DNA of 32,759 nucleotides from an uncultured Anaerolineales bacterium (lineage in GTDB: Bacteria; Chloroflexota; Anaerolineae; B4-G1; SLSP01). The DNA lies in contig CAZCTC010000010.1 in NCBI GenBank assembly GCA_964501335.1, positions 128,001 to 160,759 of the forward strand. Reading direction: 5' to 3'. Every line of letters begins with the position of its first letter. The first letter of the stretch is position 1. The notes under the pieces are model-generated. The model made no database searches and was not told the origin of the DNA. It saw nothing but the letters and a program-made list of their open reading frames with translations. Shown piece after piece: positions 8,986 through 16,312 of the stretch. The translations under genes and the position numbers were made by a program.

Positions 8986-9557
8986 AAGCTTTCCAGGAAT
9001 TTGGGCTGCAATGGATTCGGGCGATGACCTATCCATTGGTTCTGGGGGGGCTTTTTATGGGGTGGTACATGGGGTATTACTGGATGTTGTTTGTGACGGA
9101 AGGTCTGGGGGTGCCCTGGGATACGTCGGTTGTGCTGCCTCCGGTGGGATACTGGCAGCGTACTTTGAATGATTTCTTTTCGGCCGGTGTGGGAGCCTAT
9201 CTGCCGGCTGTGATTTTCCTGGCCGTGAATATCTTTCTCTTTGTCCGTGCCGTGATCCATACGAAGAATTTGCGAATGTCGGCGCTTGTTTTTGGGGTGG
9301 TCAATTTGATCGCGGTCGTTGTCTGGGTGGTAATTGCGAGCCCGATCCGAGATTCTATGGTGATTCCTGCCCATCTTACGGTGGATGATTGGGCTTACTG
9401 GGGGGATTTTAGAAGGGAGTGGCCGTTGCTGGGGCTCACTTTTGGGATTTTGGTGAGTCTTTTTTCCTTTTTGGTTTATTGGGGCCGGCGTCAGGGTGGA
9501 GGTGGCGGTTCGGTTGTCGGCATTCCTCATACGTCGCAGCCCGTTCTTTACTCATAA
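8982..9557 (+). CDS. Hypothetical integral membrane protein (4-5 TM)
   Basis: 191 aa. Start ATGA overlaps the upstream stop (translational coupling). SD aaaggagaag. Several hydrophobic helices. Gly-rich C-terminus. Confidence 0.55.
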   Translation: MKAFQEFGLQWIRAMTYPLVLGGLFMGWYMGYYWMLFVTEGLGVPWDTSVVLPPVGYWQRTLNDFFSAGVGAYLPAVIFLAVNIFLFVRAVIHTKNLRMSALVFGVVNLIAVVVWVVIASPIRDSMVIPAHLTVDDWAYWGDFRREWPLLGLTFGILVSLFSFLVYWGRRQGGGGGSVVGIPHTSQPVLYS

Positions 9558-9624
9558 AGACGGAGGGATTTTCCGATTGGTGGTGGATCTTTTCCGTGAC
9601 AGAAGCTCATGCAGGGCGCTGCCC

Positions 9625-9838
9625 CCATATCAGGCAACTTAAGGCGATTCATCAGTAGATCCCAGCTTTGGGACATCCCGCAAAGAGTATTTTCCCTGTA
9701 AGGTGCGACGCGCGGGAGGGGGGAGAGAGTTTTTTTATTCATTTTTTCGCGCGCCGTCTGCGGCGCGCGAAAAAATGGGCTTTCTTTCCCTTTTTCCGGG
9801 CGATTGCTGTTGCAAATGGTTTAAGTTGCCTGATATGG
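9625..9838 (-). repeat. Minus-oriented copy of the hairpin repeat (hairpin CATTTTTTCGCGCGCC-GTCTGC-GGCGCGCGAAAAAATG at 9739-9776; CGCGTCG and TTTGCGGGAtG boxes) bounded by 18-bp perfect terminal inverted repeats ccatatcaggcaacttaa (9625-9642) and ttaagttgcctgatatgg (9821-9838). MITE-like.
   Basis: The inverted repeats are an exact reverse complement. The internal boxes align with copy 9938-10196 when reverse-complemented. Confidence 0.65.
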
Positions 9839-9937
9839 CGCTGTCCCCTGTTTTGTTGTTAAGCAGCGACGCGATTCGATAGGAAGCGTTGCATGGGATC
9901 GCTGCGAGCGATGCGGGAGGGAGAGGGGGGAAGCGTA

Positions 9938-10196
9938 TGTCGCCAGGGCGGCTCTGGAAAAGCCTATGTTTTTGCGCGCATTCTGATGCGCGCAAAAACA
10001 TAAACAAAAAAATTCTCTCTCCCGGTCCAGCGCGTCGTATCTGGCCGGGAAAAGATCATTTGCGGGACGCTAAAAGAGATTTCACCACAGAGGCGCAGAG
10101 AGCACGGAGAAGAAGAGAGGAGATTTTTCTTTAAATTCTTCTCTGTGTTTCCGTGGTGAGTCTTTTCTGGGCCTATTTTCAGGACAGAAGGCCATG
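9938..10196 (+). repeat. Full-length copy B of the composite intergenic repeat. Order: left box tgtcgccagggcggctctggaaaagcc; hairpin TATGTTTTTGCGCGCA-TTCTGA-TGCGCGCAAAAACATA (9965-10002); A-rich tract; tccagcgcgtcgtat; second small hairpin cccggtccag...ctggccggg; catttgcgggacgc; gagatttcacc module; ctttaaattcttctctgtg; ggtgagtctt; ctattttcaggacagaaggccATG.
   Basis: Every module recurs in the other copies (3665-3800, 4924-5182, 8388-8502, 9625-9838, 26341-26813, 29515-29645, 31025-31125, 32500-32759). Confidence 0.75.
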
Positions 10197-10325
10197 CAGT
10201 GGCGGCACCCCGAAAAAAGGTGAAATACCCCGAGGTTTTTTTGCATCCTCTGGATTTGGATTATACTTAAGCTGTTTCCTCTCTGATTGATGTTCCATAT
10301 TTCATTTTGCCTAAGGAGATGCAGG

Positions 10326-12236
10326 ATGGCTCGTCATTTCAAGATTGAATCGCTGCTTTCTGCCCGGCTTTTTCTGAGTCCTCAACTGGTTGATAATCGG
10401 ATTTATTTTATGAGTAACCTTTCGGGCCGTATCGGCCTTTATGCAATGGACAAAGGGGGGAGTGTGCCGGAACCTTTGTTACCTCTGGATATTGCCTTGC
10501 AAAACCCCGTTTTAGTCCATGAAAGCGATTTTTTCTTCGTTTTTCCTAAGCTTGGGAAGATCATGGTGATGATCGATAAGGACGGCGATGAGAATTATCA
10601 GCCCTGTTGGATTCCGCTGTTGGGTGGGATTCCGGAGCCGGTGTTTGGAGACCGGTTTGTCGGTCAACAGGTTTTTGTGACGGAGGCAGATCTCGAGCAT
10701 AATCGCGTTATGTTGCTGGTGGACCATCGGACCGCGCCCATTTATGAGAGTTTTGTGGCCGATCTGGAAAAAGGGACATTGGTCAGTTTGGGGGCCAGCC
10801 CGTACGGCAATGCCTGCCTTGCCGCCGACAAGGATTACCGGCAGTTTATCCTGGCGGACGGTTATATGGGGGGAGATAATGTCCTTTATTATCGCGGGGT
10901 GGAAGATACGGAGCGCCGGTTGATTTACGGTATGCCGTTGGAGGAACGCTCTGCGGGCGTTGAGGTGGTCCGTACTGCTTTTAAAGCCGGGCATCTGCTC
11001 GAGGATGGCAGCGGCGTTTTGGTGATTACCAGCCGGTTCGACGATCAACTCAGCCTGGGATATCTACCCATGGATCGGACCCAGACGGTAGAGCCGGTGA
11101 AAGTGATGGGAACGGTCCATCGCGGCAGCGGCGAGATGGATAACCTGATCTATCTGGAGGGGCTGCGCTATCTGGTGATTTTCAATATCGACGGTTGTTC
11201 TTACGCCTACGAAGGGGCTTTTGATCCAGCCGCGCTTGTTTTCCATGTGGATCGGGTCATTTGCGGGGTGGGCGAATTGCACGACGGCGTTTTGCAACAT
11301 GTGAGCTATGAGAAGGCCAGCGGCGCTTATGCGCTGGCTTTCTGTTCGGCTACGATGCCGGTGCAGCTCTATATTTTGGAGCGGGATGGGACGCTGGCGG
11401 TCCAGACGCGTGAGCGGATGGTGGGAATTCCGATGGATTTGCTGGCGCCCGGCGAGGATGCTTCGTTTATCAGCCACGATGGGCTGCGGATTTCGGCTCG
11501 ACTCTATCTGCCGGCACCGATTTTGGGCTTTGAGGGGCGGCGGCCGGTGGTCTTTTACGTTCATGGAGGGCCGCAGGGGCAGGAGCGCCCGGATTCCACC
11601 TGGTTCTCGATGCCGTTGATTCAGTTCCTGACGCTGCGGGGTTTTGCCGTTTTTGTGCCCAATGTCCGCGGTAGCTCCGGGTATGGGCTGAATTATATGC
11701 GGCAGGTGGATCGCGATTGGGGGGGGAAAGATCGGTTGGACCATGTGGCGGCCTGGCATCACTTGCATGAGGATCCCCGGCTGGATCTGGAGCGGGCGGC
11801 GATTGTGGGCCGATCTTACGGCGGCTATATGACGTTGACCCAGGTCGGGCGACATCCGGAATTGTGGAAAGCCGGTTGTGATATGTTTGGGCCTTATAAT
11901 CTGGCGACCTTTATCGAAAGGTTGCCGGAAACCTGGAAGACGCATTTCTATCTTACGGTAGGAAACCCGGAGACCGAGGCGGCGGAGCTGGAGAAGCGTT
12001 CTCCGAGCAGCTATCTGGATCAACTGGCCTGTCCGTTGCTGGTGATTCAGGGAGCGAACGATCCGCGGGTGCGCCTGGCCGAGTCTGAGGATCTGGTCAA
12101 GCGGTTGCAGGCTCAGGGCAAGCAGGTGGAGCTGCTGATTTTTGAGAATGAGGGCCACGATGTGATCAAGTTTGAAAACAAAGTGCGCTGTTATAACGCC
12201 ATTGTCGATTTCTTCGCCCGGATTTTGCAACCTTAG
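10326..12236 (+). CDS. S9 family serine peptidase (prolyl oligopeptidase, dipeptidyl aminopeptidase or acylaminoacyl-peptidase-like): N-terminal beta-propeller plus C-terminal alpha/beta hydrolase
   Basis: Strong SD aaggag 10313-10318 before ATG 10326 (the ORF track's upstream TTG at 10287 lacks an SD). Nucleophile motif VGRSYGGYM. HGGP motif FYVHGGPQG. Catalytic Asp in GANDPRV and His in EGHD. Confidence 0.9.
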   Translation: MARHFKIESLLSARLFLSPQLVDNRIYFMSNLSGRIGLYAMDKGGSVPEPLLPLDIALQNPVLVHESDFFFVFPKLGKIMVMIDKDGDENYQPCWIPLLGGIPEPVFGDRFVGQQVFVTEADLEHNRVMLLVDHRTAPIYESFVADLEKGTLVSLGASPYGNACLAADKDYRQFILADGYMGGDNVLYYRGVEDTERRLIYGMPLEERSAGVEVVRTAFKAGHLLEDGSGVLVITSRFDDQLSLGYLPMDRTQTVEPVKVMGTVHRGSGEMDNLIYLEGLRYLVIFNIDGCSYAYEGAFDPAALVFHVDRVICGVGELHDGVLQHVSYEKASGAYALAFCSATMPVQLYILERDGTLAVQTRERMVGIPMDLLAPGEDASFISHDGLRISARLYLPAPILGFEGRRPVVFYVHGGPQGQERPDSTWFSMPLIQFLTLRGFAVFVPNVRGSSGYGLNYMRQVDRDWGGKDRLDHVAAWHHLHEDPRLDLERAAIVGRSYGGYMTLTQVGRHPELWKAGCDMFGPYNLATFIERLPETWKTHFYLTVGNPETEAAELEKRSPSSYLDQLACPLLVIQGANDPRVRLAESEDLVKRLQAQGKQVELLIFENEGHDVIKFENKVRCYNAIVDFFARILQP

Positions 12237-12253
12237 CGTAGGGATCGATTGGG

Positions 12254-13594
12254 ATGAGGCGAAGTACCGCTGGAATCGATTTGGAGTTTGACGTTCCCAG
12301 GATTTTTGCCATGTTGCGGCGCCGGCGAAAAGAACGTCCTGTCCGGCGCCGCGCCTGTCTGGAACTGGAACGAAATGTCGGCGGTCCGCTCTGGCAACTG
12401 GTGGTGCTGGGGTTGATCACCAGTGCTTTGTTAAAGGAGCCCTTTTTCTTAGGGCTCACTTTTTGTATGGCGGCTTTTTTGGGGGTTGCCTGGCTGTGGG
12501 ACCATTTCAGCCTGACGGGGGTGCGTTATCGGCGTAAATTTAGTGAGGTGCGCGCTTTTCAGGGGGAAACGGTTATCTTGACTCTGGAAGTGGGCAATCA
12601 AAAGTGGTTGCCGGTGAGCTGGCTGGAGGTGGGCGACATTTTCCCCGGAGAACTGCCGGTGGCCGGCGAACGGGTGATCATCTCTTCATCGACCAATCAG
12701 GTCGAATTCACCACGTTCTGGCATCCGGCCGCTTATCAGAGTTTGACCCGGGTGATGGAAGTGCCCTGTATGCAGCGGGGGTATCATTTTTACGGGCCGG
12801 CAACGGTCCGTACCGGCGACGGCTTCGGCTTTTTCAGTCGGAAGTTGACTTTGCCGGAGCGGGATTTGCTGATCGTCTATCCCCGGCTCTATTCGGCGAC
12901 GGAACTCGATCTGCCTTCGAAGAATCCGTTTGGGGAGCGGCGGACGCTGTTCAAACTTTTTGAGGACCCGTTGCGTCCGGCGGGCATTCGCGACTGGCAG
13001 TTCGGCGATGGGATGCGGCGGGTGCACTGGAAGGCGACCGCGCGTTACGAGCGGTTGCTCAGCCGGATTTACGAGCCGAGCGAGGAGCCGCAGGTGATGA
13101 TTTTGTTGAATGTCTCCACGTTGCCGCGTTATTGGGAGGGGATTGTTCGAGAGTTGTTCGAGCGCACGGTCAGTGTGGCGGGCAGTCTGGCCGCGTTGGC
13201 CATCGAGGAGCGGTTGTCGGTCGGGCTGGCGGCCAATGCTTACTGGCCGGGGAGCGATCAGCGATTGGAGCTCTTCCCGGGGCGGCGGCAGGAGCAGTTG
13301 TTGCATATTTTGGAGTTGCTGGCGGCCGTGACGCCTTATGCCAGTGAATCTTTTGAATCTGTGTTGTTGCAGGTGGCTCCCCGATTGCCCTGGGGAGCCA
13401 CTTTGCTGGTCGTTTCGGCGGTTGCGACCCCCGAATTGTGGGAAACGCTGGTCGATCTGGATCGAGCCGGGCGACAGGTCACGCTCTTCACCCTGGTTGA
13501 GACGCCGCCCGAATTCCCGCCGATCGGCATTCCGGTTTATCATCTACCGCAGTTGATCGACGATCTGGTTATTCCTCAAAAGGTAGCGGAGTAG
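12254..13594 (+). CDS. DUF58 domain protein (vWA-like; usual partner of MoxR ATPases)
   Basis: N-terminal TM. DUF58 signature region IRDWQFGDGMRRVHWKATARYERLLSRIYEPSEEPQVMILLNVS (D-x-R-x-x-x-W-K-A-x-A-R...L-x-x-x-E, then a run of hydrophobics). Confidence 0.8.
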   Translation: MRRSTAGIDLEFDVPRIFAMLRRRRKERPVRRRACLELERNVGGPLWQLVVLGLITSALLKEPFFLGLTFCMAAFLGVAWLWDHFSLTGVRYRRKFSEVRAFQGETVILTLEVGNQKWLPVSWLEVGDIFPGELPVAGERVIISSSTNQVEFTTFWHPAAYQSLTRVMEVPCMQRGYHFYGPATVRTGDGFGFFSRKLTLPERDLLIVYPRLYSATELDLPSKNPFGERRTLFKLFEDPLRPAGIRDWQFGDGMRRVHWKATARYERLLSRIYEPSEEPQVMILLNVSTLPRYWEGIVRELFERTVSVAGSLAALAIEERLSVGLAANAYWPGSDQRLELFPGRRQEQLLHILELLAAVTPYASESFESVLLQVAPRLPWGATLLVVSAVATPELWETLVDLDRAGRQVTLFTLVETPPEFPPIGIPVYHLPQLIDDLVIPQKVAE

Positions 13595-13596
13595 GT

Positions 13597-15063
13597 ATGC
13601 AGCGCGGTGGTTTGTTTCTGGATTTACGGCGCAATTTACTTTATCTGTGCCTGGTAGGAATCGATTCCGCCTGGTTTGCTCTGCTGCTGCCTTTGTTGGG
13701 GGTGCAGTCGACCTTATCCTGGTCGCCGTTGATCTTGTGGGGTATGTTGGCGGTGGGGATGTGCGGCTGTCTGGTGGTGCTGGAGCTTTTCAATCGGATC
13801 GGTTTGGGGAGGCCCTGGTATCCGCTGGCCGTGGCGGCTCTGGTCCTCTTGACGATTGTGGGGCTGATGCGGGTGGTGATTTACAACGGCTGGCCCTTTT
13901 GGAGTTGGGGCTGGGGGGAGCAGATCCTGCTCAGCTTTTTGCTGTTTGAAACCTGGCCGCGGCCGGAGCTGGCGCTGGCTGCGACCGGCTTTTTTGTCTG
14001 GCAGCGGGCTACCTGGGCGACGCGTCGATCGCTGGATTGGCGTGATGTCAGCAGCAATTTCTGGTTGGGCCTCTTCTTTTTGGGCTGCGGCGGGCTCTTT
14101 TGGGAGTTGTGGTTGAAGCAGCCGGCGCCGTTGGCGTTTGTCTGGGGCTATTTTGGATTGGGGATGGTGGCGTTGGCGTTGACGCGGGCCCATACGGCGC
14201 CGTTGCTGGTGCGGAGCATGGGGGCAGAGCTTTCGCCGGTGCGGCTGGCTCAACTGGGGATGACGGTGGGCCTGACCTTGCTGATCGGCGGGTTGAGCTG
14301 GTGGGGGCTTTCACAGCCTTTAATAGGGTTTGTGGCCTGGCTGGGGCCGTTGTGGAACTTTCTCTTTGTGTTGGTGGAAGTGTTGGTGGTATTGTTGATT
14401 TTTGTCGGCTGGCGGTTCTGGCAGTTTATTTCGGAGCTGTTGAAGGGGGAGCTGCTGCCGGCCTTGCAAAATCTGGAGGATATCTCTCGCTCGATTCAGC
14501 AGCTGGGAGAACAATTGGCCCAGCAGGCCGGATTGAATTTTGTCTGGCCTCCCTGGCTCGGGCTGGTTTTGCGTATTGGTGTGGCATTGTTGATTTTGTT
14601 GCCGGGTTTGTGGCTGGTGCTGGTCTATTTGGGGATCATTCAGCCGCCGCGGCGCCGGGAGGACGACGAGTATGCGAATCGATTGTCGGCGGAGCGGTTG
14701 TTGTGGGATGGATTGGATTCGCTGCGCGATCTGGGCCGGTTGATGCGCCGGTATGGGTTCAGCCGGCAGATGCTGGCGGCGATTTCGGTGCAGAATCTCT
14801 ATGCCAATGTGTGTCGTTTGGGGCGGCGGCAGGGGCGGCCGCGGCGGCCGTCGCAGCCCCCGGATGCTTATTTGCCGCAGCTGGTGGCGGCTTTTGAGGG
14901 GCTGGATAGTCAGTTGTCCCGGATCACGGAGGCCTATATGCAGGTGCATTACGGGGATCGGTCGGTTACGAATGAGGAACTGGCCCGGCTGCGGAAGGAT
15001 TATGCGGAGGTGCGGGCGCAGGCGGGGCGGAAGCGGCGCCTGGACGTGAAACGTAAAACGTAA
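13597..15063 (+). CDS. Polytopic membrane protein with a C-terminal DUF4129-like domain (the third usual member of MoxR/DUF58 operons)
   Basis: About 10 hydrophobic helices. C-terminal region GRRQGRPRRPSQPPDAYLPQLVAAFEGLDSQLSRITEAYMQVHYGDRSVTNEELARLRKDY matches the DUF4129 pattern (R..G.P...S.TP.EY......L.......Y...RYG). Confidence 0.7.
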   Translation: MQRGGLFLDLRRNLLYLCLVGIDSAWFALLLPLLGVQSTLSWSPLILWGMLAVGMCGCLVVLELFNRIGLGRPWYPLAVAALVLLTIVGLMRVVIYNGWPFWSWGWGEQILLSFLLFETWPRPELALAATGFFVWQRATWATRRSLDWRDVSSNFWLGLFFLGCGGLFWELWLKQPAPLAFVWGYFGLGMVALALTRAHTAPLLVRSMGAELSPVRLAQLGMTVGLTLLIGGLSWWGLSQPLIGFVAWLGPLWNFLFVLVEVLVVLLIFVGWRFWQFISELLKGELLPALQNLEDISRSIQQLGEQLAQQAGLNFVWPPWLGLVLRIGVALLILLPGLWLVLVYLGIIQPPRRREDDEYANRLSAERLLWDGLDSLRDLGRLMRRYGFSRQMLAAISVQNLYANVCRLGRRQGRPRRPSQPPDAYLPQLVAAFEGLDSQLSRITEAYMQVHYGDRSVTNEELARLRKDYAEVRAQAGRKRRLDVKRKT

Positions 15064-15250
15064 AACGTATTTCCTGTCCTGCGCGGCGTTACAAGGCCGG
15101 GGGGCGGTACTTCAAAGGATGAAAATGGTTTGTCGGGTGCAGTTTCCTGGGGTCTGCGAATCCCAGGCTACCCTAAGGTCGCCCCTTTGGGGCTGAGAAG
15201 GCTCGACAAAAAGGTGCCTGCTAATTTAGCGAAGGCAAAAAAGGGGAAGG

Positions 15251-15288
15251 GGGGAATTTGCACGCCTTCTGAGGCGTGCAAATTCCCC
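15251..15288 (+). repeat. Perfect 16-bp hairpin GGGGAATTTGCACGCC-TTCTGA-GGCGTGCAAATTCCCC, a member of the TTCTGA-loop hairpin family, in the gap between the DUF4129 gene and moxR
   Basis: Exact inverted repeat with the family loop TTCTGA. Preceded by an A/G-rich tract (aaaaaaggggaagggg). No 3' T-tract. Confidence 0.7.
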
Positions 15289-15369
15289 TTAACAACACAC
15301 TCCCCCTTTCCCCCGCTTGCGGGGTGCGAAGCAGGGGGCAGGGGGGATAGAGGGATATAAGGAGGCCTT

Positions 15370-16308
15370 ATGGAGTTCTCAGAGCTGGCGAAAGCGATTA
15401 AACAGAATGTCGGCCGGGTGATCATCGGCAAGGCGGATGTGGTTGAGATGTTGTTGATTGCCCTGTTGACTGAGGGACATGTGCTGTTGGAGGATGTTCC
15501 AGGGATCGGCAAAACGACGCTGGCCAAGGCTTTGGCACGGAGTCTGGATGCTTCTTTTGCGCGCATCCAGTTCACGCCGGATCTGCTGCCGGGCGATGTC
15601 ACAGGGTTGAGCATTTACAATCAGAAAGAGCGGGAGTTTGAGTTTCACGCCGGGCCGGTTTTCCGTCAACTGCTGTTGGCCGATGAAATCAACCGGGCGA
15701 CGCCGCGGACCCAATCCAGCCTGCTGGAGGCCATGCAGGAGCAGCAGGTGACGGTGGACGGCAAGACCTATGCGTTGCCGCGGCCCTTTCTGGTCATTGC
15801 GACGCAGAATCCGATTGAGCTGGAGGGGACCTTTCCCTTGCCGGAGGCGCAGCTGGACCGCTTTTTGATGCAGGTGCGGTTGGGGTATCCCAGCGAAGCT
15901 GAGGAAGAGGAAATTCTCTTGCAATACGAGCGTCAGGATCCGCTGGTGGAGCTGCGGCCGGTGGTAACGATGGCCGAGATTCAGGAATTGCAGCGAAAAG
16001 TGCGGGAGATCCATGTCAATGGGGATGTGCGGCGGTATATCGTGCAGGTGGTGCGGACGACGCGGGAACATGAGGCGGTGGCGCTGGGCGGTTCGCCGCG
16101 GGGGACGCTGGCGCTCTATCGGTCAAGCCAGGCGCTGGCGGCGTTGCGGGGACGGGATTATGTCACGCCGGGCGATGTGCAGCAGCTCTGTCCGGCGATT
16201 TTAACGCATCGCGTGCATATTCGGCCGCAGGTGCGGTTACGAGGGCGTACGCCGGCGCAAGTAGTGGCGGAAATCATTGAAGCGGTGCCGGTACCGGTAG
16301 TTGAATAA
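15370..16308 (+). CDS. MoxR-family AAA+ ATPase
   Basis: SD aaggagg 15357-15363. Walker A GHVLLEDVPGIGKTTLAKALA. Walker B LLADEINRA. Characteristic MoxR length (312 aa) and C-terminal region (YVTPGDVQQL). Confidence 0.95.
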   Translation: MEFSELAKAIKQNVGRVIIGKADVVEMLLIALLTEGHVLLEDVPGIGKTTLAKALARSLDASFARIQFTPDLLPGDVTGLSIYNQKEREFEFHAGPVFRQLLLADEINRATPRTQSSLLEAMQEQQVTVDGKTYALPRPFLVIATQNPIELEGTFPLPEAQLDRFLMQVRLGYPSEAEEEEILLQYERQDPLVELRPVVTMAEIQELQRKVREIHVNGDVRRYIVQVVRTTREHEAVALGGSPRGTLALYRSSQALAALRGRDYVTPGDVQQLCPAILTHRVHIRPQVRLRGRTPAQVVAEIIEAVPVPVVE

Positions 16309-16312
16309 GGCT

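Noticed and set aside
10194-10223. Nine-codon uORF (MQWRHPEKR) created by the element's terminal ATG upstream of the S9 peptidase
   Set aside because: It is too short with no supporting conservation. It is kept only as part of the observation that the repeat supplies ATGs.
15130-15200. tRNA-like stem-loop (cctggg-gtctgcgaat-cccagg ... ctaccc) in the gap between the DUF4129 gene and moxR
   Set aside because: No cloverleaf can be drawn: the T-loop is 10 nt rather than 7, there is no GTTCGA-type box, and no acceptor stem or anticodon arm. It is probably another small GTCTGC-loop hairpin.
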